The translations under genes and the position numbers were made by a program. This document shows positions 1 through 9,489 of a stretch of 64,000 nt of DNA, piece by piece (within the stretch, counting starts at the first letter, position 1; each line of letters starts with the position of its first letter). Under the pieces are notes generated by a model that worked only from the letters and a program-made list of their open reading frames with translations, did not search any database and was not told the DNA's origin. This stretch comes from an uncultured Gammaproteobacteria bacterium (GTDB lineage: Bacteria; Pseudomonadota; Gammaproteobacteria; UBA9214): positions 64,001-128,000 of the forward strand of contig CAVVHS010000008.1 of assembly GCA_963748215.1 (NCBI GenBank), given 5' to 3'.

Positions 1-441
1 GCGTTCGATTCCGTCATGCTGTCGACCACTTCCCCGGAAGGCATACCTGATGCCAGTTATGCACCCTGCATACTCGATGGCGAGGGTCGGTGTCACGTCC
101 TGATCAGCCAGCTTGCCCGGCATACGAAAAATCTGGAGTTACACCCGATAGCAAGCCTGATGTGGATCGAGGACAAGACATCGAGCCGAAATCCGTTCGC
201 CCGGCGCCGCCTGGTTCTTCAGTGCAACGCTGAAAATATCGAGCGTAACAGCAAGGTCTGGATCCGCATCCTGAAGCAAATGGAGGAACAGCTCGGCAAT
301 ACGGTGCAACTGCTGACCAGACTGCCGGACTTTATGCTGTTTCGTTTCGACGCCGTCGAAGGCAACTATGTACGTGGTTTTGCGCAGGCGCACCCGGTGA
401 CCGGTAACGACCTCGTCATGGCCAGACGCAGAACCCGATAA
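1..441 (+). CDS. HugZ/HutZ-like pyridoxamine 5'-phosphate oxidase family (heme utilisation) protein, probably 5'-truncated by the window edge
   Basis: Frame is open from base 1. PDASYAP, ISQLARHTKNL, FARRRL, LPDFMLF and YVRGFAQA match the HugZ split-barrel pattern. Confidence 0.8.
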   Translation, partial: AFDSVMLSTTSPEGIPDASYAPCILDGEGRCHVLISQLARHTKNLELHPIASLMWIEDKTSSRNPFARRRLVLQCNAENIERNSKVWIRILKQMEEQLGNTVQLLTRLPDFMLFRFDAVEGNYVRGFAQAHPVTGNDLVMARRRTR

Positions 442-841
442 GCCTGGCGGACCGATAGGTGCGGGGTCGGACCAACGTATGCTGTTGAAGCCACTTGGGT
501 TATCCTCCAGATTACCGCCCGTGGAACGCTTAAGCGGAGCATTTCATAGAGATTATGAGCAATCTAACGAAACTCGCCTTCGGAAGTAGCTCTGCAGCCG
601 CGGGATGCAAGCTCGCTTAGAACATGTTTTGAGTATGAATTGGCGCTTCCAAGGTGTTCTTTCGCCCCGCATTGCGAGTATTTGGATCGACCGGTCAGGT
701 TGTTGCGCTGGTCTGACCAAATGTGCGCTTCCTCGCTATCGACCTGGCGATGCGCTTCGAACCGGCATGAAAAAGCAGATTGGGAAATCCTGGCGGCCGT
801 ATCGACGTCGTCTCATGGCCAAGCCCGGAAACCCGTCACAT

Positions 842-872
842 AAAAAAACGGCGGCTGTTAGGACAGCCGCCG
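842..872 (-). terminator. Intrinsic terminator
   Basis: CGGCGGCTGT (849-858) pairs with ACAGCCGCCG (863-872); A7 at 842-848 gives a U-tract on the minus strand. Confidence 0.8.
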
Positions 873-933
873 AAGTTGGAGAAGTTTCTATGAAAGAAAC
901 TACCACACACGTCTACAGGGGAGAAAACGTGTA
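842..933 (-). ncRNA. Candidate small regulatory RNA with CU-rich loops
   Basis: Three consecutive hairpins ending in a 10-bp GC stem plus U7; -10 TAGGAT at 940-945 on the minus strand. Family not recognised. Confidence 0.55.
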
Positions 934-939
934 CCGGCA

Positions 940-974
940 ATCCTAGCGCTACAACCTTAAAATGACCTTAAAAT
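940..974 (-). promoter_or_regulatory. Promoter with OmpR-family (PmrA/QseB-like) direct-repeat box
   Basis: CCTTAAAAT occurs twice at an 11-bp period (955, 966) over the -35 region; TAGGAT -10 at 940-945. Confidence 0.5.
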
Positions 975-1172
975 CCGAAGCGACTTGCTACCGCAGGGGC
1001 AACCACGCCCATGACAGCGACGTCCACCGTGAATCTCGCTGCATGCGCCGGTCCCGCTCATTGAGGCATCGCAGAACGCTGGCAGAATCCGCCTGATCAG
1101 GTTCGGGCCGCCACAACACGTAATACCCGGCATTGGGTACTGCGTTGCGCTGGCAAAGCGATCGCGGCCTGC

Positions 1173-1646
1173 CTACTCCACCTTGATCGTGTGACGCTTC
1201 GACCTGGCGATCTTCGGCAGGGTCAGTTCGAGCATGCCGTCCTTGAAATCCACCTTGGCCTTCGAGCCGTCCACGCTGGACGGCAGCGCAACGGTGCGGC
1301 TGAAAGAACCGCGCGAGATCTCGCAACGGTAATAGTCGCCGTCCTCTTTCTTTTCCTCATGGCGGGTTTCGCCCTTGATGGTGACGCTGTCCTCGCTGAC
1401 CGAGACATCCAGATCTTTCTTGTCCACGCCGGGCACCTCGGCCTTTACCACGATTTCTGCCTCGCGGTCCATCACGTCCACCTTGGGAAGCTTGATTTCC
1501 TGCAGCGCAGGCCAGTCAGAACGCCAGGGCCGCAACCAGCTGCCGCGGAAGTACTGGTCGAGCATCTGCTCCATTTCCTCGAACGGGCTCAAGGCACGCG
1601 TTGTCCTGGCCTTCTTCAGTTCCTGTTTCTTGGATTCCTTCGCCAT
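1173..1646 (-). CDS. Hsp20/alpha-crystallin small heat-shock protein
   Basis: PKVDV...AEVPG, GSFSRTVALP and FKDGMLELTLPK motifs; GAGGAG RBS. Confidence 0.95.
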   Translation of the reverse strand: MAKESKKQELKKARTTRALSPFEEMEQMLDQYFRGSWLRPWRSDWPALQEIKLPKVDVMDREAEIVVKAEVPGVDKKDLDVSVSEDSVTIKGETRHEEKKEDGDYYRCEISRGSFSRTVALPSSVDGSKAKVDFKDGMLELTLPKIARSKRHTIKVE

Positions 1647-1750
1647 GTCCTTCTCTCCTCACTTCCGGTGATTTCACATGCGCAGTGAATTATCGGCGCA
1701 CTGCAACGTCAAAAGATAAGTTTATTCTATACCTGCCATAGAAAACGGTC

Positions 1751-1764
1751 TTGATATGCGTCAA
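1751..1764 (-). promoter_or_regulatory. FNR/Anr-type box upstream of hsp20
   Basis: TTGAT-ATGC-GTCAA; minus-strand TAGAAT at 1724-1729 gives class II spacing. Confidence 0.6.
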
Positions 1765-1902
1765 ACGGGATCAGCCGGACGCCGCAACGGTTTCGCTGGC
1801 AGCCCACCCGAAAGCGGTCATTTCCCGGCCTGCGCTTCGCGCGGGCCGCCGTGACAGGCCCTGCCGTCAAGGTGGGGGGGGTCTGGATGGAACGGAAGGA
1901 AA

Positions 1903-1978
1903 TGGTGCCGGAGATAGGAATCGAACCTACAACCGTCGCGTTACGAGTGCGCTGCTCTACCGTTGGAGCTACTCCGGC
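1903..1978 (-). tRNA. tRNA-Thr(CGT)
   Basis: Reverse complement GCCGGAGTAGCTC...CTCGTAA...GGTTCGATTCC...CCGGCACCA is a 76-nt cloverleaf with anticodon CGT and encoded CCA. Confidence 0.95.
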
Positions 1979-2022
1979 GTACTGAGGCGGGGGATTGTAC
2001 CGCGTTATGCTGCCCTGCGGGA

Positions 2023-2472
2023 TCAGTTTACCGCAGATTCATTGCGGATACGGACGATGACATCGACCCCGGCCGCCACCGTGCCGGTCGGGAGTTCCGG
2101 CAGCGCGCTGATGTCGAGCTGCTCCTGCTCGATGTCTACCAGCTCGCCGGTATCCACGTTGTAGAAATGGTGGTGATGCCGGGTGTTCGGGTCATAGAAC
2201 ACACGGGTCGGGTCCACGATCACCTCGCGCACCAGCCCGCTGCGCGCGAACAGTCCCAGCGTGTTGTACACCGTCGCCTTGGACACGCGGTCGTCGCCCG
2301 CGTTGACCTGGCGCATCACCTGGTCGGCTGAATAGTGCCCACACTGTGCAAACAGCACCCGCGCAATCATCACCCGTTGCTGGGTAGGCAGAATGCCGTG
2401 CGCCTTCAGCATATCCGTCAGTTCGACTTCAGATGAAGTAAGCAACTGTTTGTCCGTGTTTTTCATGTTCAA
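2023..2472 (-). CDS. Fur-family transcriptional regulator (Irr-like)
   Basis: TQQR, SKATVYNTL and HHHHF motifs; lacks the C-terminal CxxC pairs. Confidence 0.9.
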   Translation of the reverse strand: MNMKNTDKQLLTSSEVELTDMLKAHGILPTQQRVMIARVLFAQCGHYSADQVMRQVNAGDDRVSKATVYNTLGLFARSGLVREVIVDPTRVFYDPNTRHHHHFYNVDTGELVDIEQEQLDISALPELPTGTVAAGVDVIVRIRNESAVN

Positions 2473-2519
2473 ATTATAAGCATGGCGGCACGCCTGCGTC
2501 TATGCCGCGGGCCGCACGC

Positions 2520-3617
2520 TCAACAGGCGTAGGGGGCGAAATCGGTGAAACCGGCATGTGTCAGCACGCGGTCCGCCAGCAGCCGGGCCGATGCCGGCCC
2601 CATTACCACGCCATTGCGAAAATGCCCGGTATTCAGGTATAAGCCACTGATTTCATTGTACTTGCAAATAAACGGCACGCCATCGCGCGTACCCGGCCGC
2701 AGGCCGGCCCAGTGCCGGATCACCGGGTAGTCCGCGAGTACGGGCGCGATCCGCACGGCCTGCGCCGTCAGCAGTTCGCGTGCCTCCGGGGTGGTCGCCT
2801 TGTCGAAACCGGTGTACTCAAGCGTGCTGCCGGCCAGCACCAGCCCGTCGCGGCGCGGGATCAGGTAATAGCCGTCGGAGAGTACGATGTGCCGCAACAG
2901 ACCCGGGCGCGTCTCGAACTGGATCATCTGGCCGCGCACCGGCGTCACCGGCAATACCGGCCCCGTGCCGTGCAGCAGTTCCGCACTCCACGCCCCACCG
3001 GCGATGACGACCCGCTCCGCCGTCACCCGGCCCCGCGCGGTCTCTACCCCCTCCATGCGGCCCTGCCTGACCAGCAGTCGCTGCACGGCACTGTGTTCGT
3101 GCAGCTGCACGCCCAACTGCTCCAGCCGCACGCGCAGGGCTGCGCACAGGCGCGGATTGCGGACCTGCGCCACCGCAGGCAGCAGCAAGGCCGGCCCGCT
3201 GGCCACGGCCAGTGCCGGGTCCGCTGCCTGCACGGCGCAGGTATCCAGTGCCTGCACCTCGACCGCATGACGCTCGGCCCAGGCACTGATAGCCTTCGAC
3301 AGCGCCGTATCCAGCAACAGGAGTCCGGAGCGGATCCATTCGGGATCAATGCCGGTCTCCCGCTGCAGCTCATCCACCAGCCCCGGGTAGTCCTGCTGGC
3401 TGCGGGCGACCAGGTTCGCGACCGCATCGGGATAGTCCCACGGGGTGAGCGGCGAGAGGATACCGCCCCCCGCCCAGGACGATTCACGGCAGAGTTCGCC
3501 GCGCTCCAGCACGGCGACCGTCAGCCCCTCGCGCGCGAGGTAAAGCGCGCTCAGCAGCCCGATCAGGCCGCCGCCCGCGACGACACAATCCACACTGTTG
3601 TCGCTGCCGCTCGTCAC
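2520..3617 (-). CDS. thiO: Glycine oxidase ThiO (FAD-dependent)
   Basis: GGGLIG FAD motif, SSWAGGGILSP, PVRGQM, WAGLRP, GHFRNG; start placed at GTG 3617. Confidence 0.88.
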   Translation of the reverse strand: MTSGSDNSVDCVVAGGGLIGLLSALYLAREGLTVAVLERGELCRESSWAGGGILSPLTPWDYPDAVANLVARSQQDYPGLVDELQRETGIDPEWIRSGLLLLDTALSKAISAWAERHAVEVQALDTCAVQAADPALAVASGPALLLPAVAQVRNPRLCAALRVRLEQLGVQLHEHSAVQRLLVRQGRMEGVETARGRVTAERVVIAGGAWSAELLHGTGPVLPVTPVRGQMIQFETRPGLLRHIVLSDGYYLIPRRDGLVLAGSTLEYTGFDKATTPEARELLTAQAVRIAPVLADYPVIRHWAGLRPGTRDGVPFICKYNEISGLYLNTGHFRNGVVMGPASARLLADRVLTHAGFTDFAPYAC

Positions 3618-3865
3618 TTGTGTTGTACCTGTATGAACACCCTGGTTATGCCTGTCTGTGTCAGCCGGTTTGCGCAAGGCGGGCCGGGGCTGACTGCGCG
3701 ACAGCTGCCGCCTGCGCACGGACCTTTCCGCTGGCGGTTCGGAAAACCACTGGTCGGAAAAACGCCTCCGCCTATCTTATCGGGGATGACAACACGGCGC
3801 GAGGTTTGTACAAACAGCAGAAACCCGCGGCAGCGCGCCGCGGAACACTCGACACGACAGGCACC

Positions 3866-4372
3866 ATGCGGCAATCAGCGGATCACCGGCAACGACTCGC
3901 GCCCCTCGGAAGGGGCTTCACCCTGTTCGAGGTGATGATCGCGCTGCTGGTGCTGTCGATCGGACTGCTCGGCCTGGCCGCGCTGCAGACCAGTACGCTG
4001 CGCACCGGACAGATGGCCGACATGCGCACGCGCGCCGTGCAGGCGGCTGCGGATATGGTCGAGCGCATGCACGCCAACCCGTCCGGCACGGCCGCCGGCC
4101 AGTATGCCATCACCCGCCAGCGCGCCGCGCGGCACAGCACCGCGACCGGCACGGCCCTGGCCGACCTCGTCGACTGGCACGCCCGACTGACGCGGCTGCC
4201 CGACGGCCAGGGCGAGATCAGCCGCTGCAGCCGAAGCTGTGCAGGCATCGGTCAGCCCGCCTGGAGCGTTACGGTGTGGTGGAACGCGGCGCGTGACCCC
4301 GTCGCACGTGGCTTCCATTGCCCACCCCGCTCCGCGGCCGACCTGCGCTGTGTGCGCCTGGTACTGCGCTGA
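3866..4372 (+). CDS. pilV: Type IV pilus minor pilin PilV
   Basis: Class III prepilin site G/FTLFEV..., LSIGLLGLAALQ, ERMHAN. Confidence 0.9.
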   Translation: MRQSADHRQRLAPLGRGFTLFEVMIALLVLSIGLLGLAALQTSTLRTGQMADMRTRAVQAAADMVERMHANPSGTAAGQYAITRQRAARHSTATGTALADLVDWHARLTRLPDGQGEISRCSRSCAGIGQPAWSVTVWWNAARDPVARGFHCPPRSAADLRCVRLVLR

Positions 4373-5349
4373 TGCGGGTCCACACGCCATGCCGTGGCTT
4401 CAGCCTGGTCGAATTACTGGTTGCACTGGCCATCACACTGGTCGTGCTGGCCGGCATCGGCCGGGTGTTCATCGCAACCGGGCACAGTTACCGTCTGCAG
4501 GACAGCCTTGCGCGCCTGCAGGAAAACGCCCGCTACGCGCTCGAGACGCTGGCCACCGACCTGCGTCGCACCGGCTACCGGGGCGGCATTGCCGACCTGC
4601 ACCGCATCGAGGACCACACCCCGGCCGGGCTCGCACGGGGTCGGCGCGTGGCGCGCGATGACGGCAGCTGCAGCGGCCCGGACTGGGCATTGATGCTGGA
4701 ATACCGCGTATTCGGCAAGGACGACACGCGACGCAACTATCCTTGCCTGGCAGCGGATAAAACGCCCCGTGGCGACGTCCTGGTGGTGCGTTACATGGCA
4801 CCCTGGCAGGTGGGCGGAACAACGACACCGGTCTTTCAGCCGCGGCAGTATTACCTGCGCAGTTCGGTGTTCGCCGGCCGGCTGTTTCGAGGCGCCGACC
4901 AGGCAAGCCACGCCGTCACCGGCACGCCGGTGCGCGTCGCCGAGCTGGTCGCGCGCGCCTATTACATCCACACCGCCCCCGGCACCGGCTGTGCGCAACC
5001 AGGCACCGTTCCCGCCCTGTACCGCACGTCGCTCGCCAACGGCCGGCTGGTCGCCGGCGAGATCGCCCGTGGCGTGGAACAGTTGCAGGTGCAGTACGGT
5101 ATCGATACCAATGCCGACGGGTCGGTCGACCGCTATATCGATGCCCCGCCCGCCGGCGATACGCCCGCCTGGCGGGCGGTCGTCGCAGTGCGGTTCTGGA
5201 TCCTGCTGCGCAGCGACTGCACGGAAACGGGCCACACCGACACCGGCAGCTACCGTCTGGGCAATATCAGCCTGATACCGGCCGATGGCTACCGGCGCCA
5301 GCTGTACTCGCACACGGTCTACCTGCGCAACCCGGGTCTGCCGCCATGA
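4372..5349 (+). CDS. pilW: Type IV pilus minor pilin PilW
   Basis: G/FSLVELLVA, LQENARYA, GVEQLQVQYGID, C-terminal LRN; start overlaps the pilV stop. Confidence 0.9.
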   Translation: MRVHTPCRGFSLVELLVALAITLVVLAGIGRVFIATGHSYRLQDSLARLQENARYALETLATDLRRTGYRGGIADLHRIEDHTPAGLARGRRVARDDGSCSGPDWALMLEYRVFGKDDTRRNYPCLAADKTPRGDVLVVRYMAPWQVGGTTTPVFQPRQYYLRSSVFAGRLFRGADQASHAVTGTPVRVAELVARAYYIHTAPGTGCAQPGTVPALYRTSLANGRLVAGEIARGVEQLQVQYGIDTNADGSVDRYIDAPPAGDTPAWRAVVAVRFWILLRSDCTETGHTDTGSYRLGNISLIPADGYRRQLYSHTVYLRNPGLPP

Positions 5350-6059
5350 CACCCGACGGCACCCGTGGCGTGCACTCCGCTGCATGGCAGTCCGGCACGG
5401 CCCTGCCCGTCGCGCTGGTCTTCCTGCTGGTATCCACGCTGCTCGGTACGTTCGGCATGCACCAGTCACGGCTGGAAAATCGCATGGCCGGCAACGCGCA
5501 GTACCAGGTTCTGGCCCTGCACAATGTGGAGTACGTACTGGCTGCGGCCGAGGCGGATATCGAGGCGCAGCAGGGTAATCCATTCCACCCTGACCGCCCC
5601 GGCGATCACTATTATCCGCAGGATACGGTCGACTTCGATCGCGGCACCCCGGGCATGCAACAACCCGCCAACCGGGTATGGACCTTCGGCAGTGCGCAGG
5701 TGTCGCTGCCCGATATCGACGGTGACGGCAGTGACACTGACGGCGACGGCATCGCCGATGACGGGACCGGCCAGTACATCATCCAGGATGCCGGCATGGA
5801 ACTGACCCTGAGCGGGCAGATATCGCGTTCCGCCGCCCCGACTGCCTTGACCGGCAGCAGGATACAGGCCTTCGTGGTGACGGCGCGCAGCCGGACATCG
5901 GGTGGTGCACAGCGCATCGTGCAGAGCGTCTATCTCCGCACACCGTTGCCGGGCACACCGGGCGGCGCGACGGTCACGGTGCCACGTGCAACAGGAGCGG
6001 GTGCTGCCCTGCCGAATCCCGTCTACGGCCGGCGCAGCTGGATTGACCTGCGCGAGTGA
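5346..6059 (+). CDS. pilX: Type IV pilus minor pilin PilX
   Basis: G/TALPVALVFLL without Glu5, ENRMAGN, VQSVY, GRRSWIDL; position in the operon. Confidence 0.85.
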   Translation: MTPDGTRGVHSAAWQSGTALPVALVFLLVSTLLGTFGMHQSRLENRMAGNAQYQVLALHNVEYVLAAAEADIEAQQGNPFHPDRPGDHYYPQDTVDFDRGTPGMQQPANRVWTFGSAQVSLPDIDGDGSDTDGDGIADDGTGQYIIQDAGMELTLSGQISRSAAPTALTGSRIQAFVVTARSRTSGGAQRIVQSVYLRTPLPGTPGGATVTVPRATGAGAALPNPVYGRRSWIDLRE

Positions 6060-6502
6060 CACTGCAGCGGCCCGTTCTCCTGCCACCTCCCTGCCGGCGC
6101 GGCTTCAGCCTGCCTGAACTGCTGGCGGTAATTGCCATCCTCGGCATACTCGTCGCTATCGGCTACCCTGCCTACACCGAGCAACTCAGGCAGTCGCGGC
6201 GCGCGGAGGGTATGGGCGCACTGCTGGAGCTGGCGGCGCGCCTGGAAGGCTTCTACGCCGACCACGGCACTTACCTGGGCGCGACACTGGGCCACGGGGC
6301 CAGTGCTGTCTTTCCGACCGTCACCGTCAACGGCTATTACACGCTGGGTATCGATGCGCAGTCGGCGACCGGATACACCGTCAGCGCCACACCGACGCGA
6401 CGCACCGGGCAGCACCGCGACCGGTGCGGCAGTTTCATGCTGACCTCGCTGGGCGTGCGCTCGGTGGGCAATGCCGCCTATTACAGTCGCTGCTGGCGCT
6501 AG
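6056..6502 (+). CDS. pilE: Type IV pilus minor pilin PilE
   Basis: G/FSLPELLAV, YPAY, SRRAEG, C-terminal DRCG...CW disulfide loop. Confidence 0.9.
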   Translation: MTLQRPVLLPPPCRRGFSLPELLAVIAILGILVAIGYPAYTEQLRQSRRAEGMGALLELAARLEGFYADHGTYLGATLGHGASAVFPTVTVNGYYTLGIDAQSATGYTVSATPTRRTGQHRDRCGSFMLTSLGVRSVGNAAYYSRCWR

Positions 6503-6657
6503 TTCCTTGATCAAGCAGATATGAAATGGCCACGTAATGACACGTGAAAAACACCCCGGGGAAAACACCGATCAAGTTCACGAGATTCCTTCGCGCACCG
6601 CATCCGCTCCTACCGGTGCTGGCGCCTTGTGTGCCTGAAGGATATTGGATTTTATTT

Positions 6658-6948
6658 TTCCGTGTTCTTCCGTGGATTCCGTGGCCGTTATTTTTGTAGG
6701 GTGCACTCCGTGCACCGTTCGCCGGTGCGTAAAACGCACCCTACGCCCGGGCATTATGTTTCCGTGTTCTTCCGTGGATTCCGTGGCCGTTATTTTTTTG
6801 TAGGGTACACGCCGCGCACCGCTGCCGATGCGTAAACGCACCCCACGTCCGGGCATTATTTTCCGTGTAATTCCGTGTGCTTCCGTGGCCATTATTTTTT
6901 GCAGGGTGCACTCCGTGCACCGCTATCGGCGCGTAAAACGCACCCTAC
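6658..6948. repeat. Three tandem ~101-bp composite REP-like units
   Basis: Units start at 6658, 6760 and 6861. Each has TTCCGTG three times followed by a GTAGGGTGC...GCACCCTAC double palindrome. Confidence 0.85.
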
Positions 6949-7892
6949 TACTCCTGGTCGCGTTTCAGCTCCGACGGCAGCGAGAAGGTCACCGGCTCCT
7001 TTCTGCCCGCGGTCTCCTCGACCGTCACGGCGCCCCAGGCACGCAGCTGTTCCACAACACCGGCGACGAGCGCCTCCGGCGCGGAAGCCCCGGCGGTTAC
7101 GCCGACGGACTGCTTGCCGGCCAGCCACGCCGGCTGTATCTGGGATGCCTCGTCGATGAGGTAGGCCGGTATCCCGCTGTTCTCGCCCAGTTCGCGCAGC
7201 CGGTTGGAATTCGAGCTGTTCGGCGAACCGACCACCAGCATCACGTCGCAGCGCGCGGCCAGGTTCTTCACCGCATCCTGGCGGTTCTGGGTGGCGTAGC
7301 AGATGTCGTCCTTGCGTGGCCCCTGGATGGCGGGAAAACGCTGCCTGAGCGCATCGATCACGCGCTCGGTATCGTCGACCGACAGCGTAGTCTGGGTCAC
7401 GAAGGCCAGATCGTCCGGGTTCCGTACCGATAGCAGCCGCACGTCTTCCGGCGTCTCGACCAGGTACATCGCGCCACCGTTGCCGGTGACATACTGCCCC
7501 ATGGTGCCCTCCACCTCCGGGTGGCCCTTGTGGCCAATCAGGATGCATTCGCGCCCGGCCTCGCCGTGGCGGCTGACCTCGAGGTGCACCTTGGTCACCA
7601 GCGGACAGGTCGCATCGAACACGCGCAGCCCGCGCTGGCGGCCTTCCTCGTGCACCGTCCGCGCCACGCCGTGCGCGCTGTAGATCACGGTGCCGCCATC
7701 CGGTACCTCGTCGAGCTCGTCGACAAATACCGTGCCGCGGGCGCGCAAGCCCTCGACCACATGGCGATTGTGCACCACCTCGTGGCGTACATAGATCGGT
7801 GCGCCGAACAGTTCCAGCGCACGCTCGACGATCTCGATGGCGCGATCGACACCGGCACAGAAGCCGCGCGGATTGGCAAGCAGGATTTTCAT
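6948..7892 (-). CDS. ispH: 4-hydroxy-3-methylbut-2-enyl diphosphate reductase
   Basis: [41 protein letters not shown]. Confidence 0.97.
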   Translation of the reverse strand: MKILLANPRGFCAGVDRAIEIVERALELFGAPIYVRHEVVHNRHVVEGLRARGTVFVDELDEVPDGGTVIYSAHGVARTVHEEGRQRGLRVFDATCPLVTKVHLEVSRHGEAGRECILIGHKGHPEVEGTMGQYVTGNGGAMYLVETPEDVRLLSVRNPDDLAFVTQTTLSVDDTERVIDALRQRFPAIQGPRKDDICYATQNRQDAVKNLAARCDVMLVVGSPNSSNSNRLRELGENSGIPAYLIDEASQIQPAWLAGKQSVGVTAGASAPEALVAGVVEQLRAWGAVTVEETAGRKEPVTFSLPSELKRDQE

Positions 7893-8483
7893 GAGTTGTC
7901 CGGTTTGACTAACGAGTGAATTATAGGCCGTAGCGGACCGCGACTGCCAGGAAACAACCATACAGGGCAAAGGGATGCCGTGTTTTGCTCTCAACATTGT
8001 TGGCCAGTACAAAACCAGCCCGGCCTGTCCTTGTTCACCGCATCCTGTATGGCCACCTGGACTTGGCATGACCGGGTGATCCAATTCCGTCAATGAATAC
8101 AGGCCGGGTTCGGTCAGCAACAGACATATAGCGGACATCAACCACCAGCTCTGATAATGCTGAGCTGTACTTCCGGGTACGGTCATAAGTTGCGGTTCCC
8201 CGTACACAGAAATTTCTGCTGGTGCGGGGTATCTGATCGGCGACTACCAGCCAGAATCGATGGACCGCCGAACAACTAACGAATGGCCGGCTCTTGTGAT
8301 TGTTGACGTTCGGGTTCCAGTTGTAACGGGGGATCGACGAACCTGAGGTATCGATCGCGCGGTAAAACTGCCTTGGGGCGTACCACAGTAAGATGGATTA
8401 CGCAGTTTCCGAACGGTACATACACTCGTGCACTTTTTTCCTGTTTTCCAACGCAACTTCCCTTTTACCTCTGATGCAAACGC

Positions 8484-8508
8484 AAACCCCCTGTCGAGCA
8501 GGGGGTTC
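8484..8508 (-). terminator. Probable terminator hairpin downstream of the Gly/Tyr-rich gene
   Basis: AACCCCCTG-TCGAG-CAGGGGGTT stem-loop. Confidence 0.55.
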
Positions 8509-8574
8509 ATGAAGCTGAAGAACTATCCCGATCAAGCGAACGCCTATGTTGTCAGCAGGCGTCCGCAAATACTG

Positions 8575-9006
8575 TTACCTATAGCCACCCGGATTGCCGC
8601 CGTAACCACCCGGACCGCCGCCATAGCCGGGACCACCGCCATAGCCGGGACCGCCGCCATAGCCGGGACCGCCGCCATAGCCGGGACCGCCGCCATAGCC
8701 GGGACCGCCGCCATAGCCGGGACCGCCGCCATAGCCGGGACCCCCGCCATAGCCGGGACCGCCACCATAGCCGGGACCGCCACCATAGCCGGGACCACCG
8801 CCATAGCCGGGACCGCCACCATAGCCGGGACCACCACCATAGCCGGAACCACCACGATAATCATCATAACGATCATTATCATTATTACCGCCCATCCACT
8901 TGGATGGATTCATCATATTGCCCATATCCACCGCACTGGCCTGGTGCGCAAGCAGTAAGCTGGCCGCTAAAATAATTACCCTGAATTTGATGTCCTTGTT
9001 TTGCAC
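8575..9006 (-). CDS. Secreted Gly/Tyr/Pro repeat protein, sulfur-globule-protein-like
   Basis: GGAGGA RBS before GTG 9006; signal peptide ending ASA; MMNPSKWMGG then (GYGGGP)x13. Confidence 0.75.
   Translation of the reverse strand: MQNKDIKFRVIILAASLLLAHQASAVDMGNMMNPSKWMGGNNDNDRYDDYRGGSGYGGGPGYGGGPGYGGGPGYGGGPGYGGGPGYGGGPGYGGGPGYGGGPGYGGGPGYGGGPGYGGGPGYGGGPGYGGGPGGYGGNPGGYR
8611..8844. repeat. 13 x 18-bp coding tandem repeat (GYGGGP)
   Basis: GGGACCGCCGCCATAGCC unit with synonymous variation and no spacers. Confidence 0.95.
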
Positions 9007-9489
9007 TGTATCTTCCTCCGCATAAATGTAATTGCCACTGGACAAACGATGCTACCGGTCTTGCTCACGACTAATCGCAATCGTCAGCAAGGTCGCGAGC
9101 GCGATGCTCAACCAATGAGTTTTATGTGCGCTTCCATTCGAAACACTCTCCGTTCAAGCAGTCCTCGAGCGAGGATTACATGATAATTATCATCCATTCC
9201 AATCGGGTTGTCTGTTCGTTGGCGTACATATTGCCTGTTTGGTCCAAACATGGCTGCGGGTGTGTGCGCTGGAAAATGCCGCATTATGTAGCCGCCGCCT
9301 AACATTATCTTCCACGCGACTGTTTAGCGATTACTTATACAGATTCAGCCTCGAGGTCGCATTCCGGCCAATACACAATATGCAGCACTACATTTATAAT
9401 GATGACAAAAATCATTAAATCCTGACAACGCCTCGTGGCATGGATTACTGTGTATTCATTAATTAGCGGCGTTTCAAGCAGATTGGCCT

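Noticed and set aside
605-946. ORF 605-946 and overlapping short ORFs
   Set aside because: No RBS or recognisable motif, and it runs through a terminator and the structured sRNA candidate.
6578-6892. ORFs with ITATESTEEHG-type repeats
   Set aside because: Translations of the REP-like array whose units change frame.
6658-6948. Possible CRISPR array
   Set aside because: The whole ~101-bp unit repeats, there are no unique spacers and no cas genes.
7893-8207. Long N-terminal extensions in the ORF track (ispH; also thiO, pilV, fkpB, rpsT, mazG)
   Set aside because: Family similarity begins at downstream starts; the extensions are upstream open-frame artefacts.
8428-8958. Alternative-frame repeat ORFs (AIAGTA)n and (PAMAAV)n
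   Set aside because: Shadows of the 18-bp repeat. Only the GYGGGP frame has an RBS, a signal peptide and purely synonymous variation.
9297-9330. attC-like GCCTAAC...GTTTAGC
   Set aside because: Too short, the right end is not GTTRRRY, it is not at a gene end and no intI is present.
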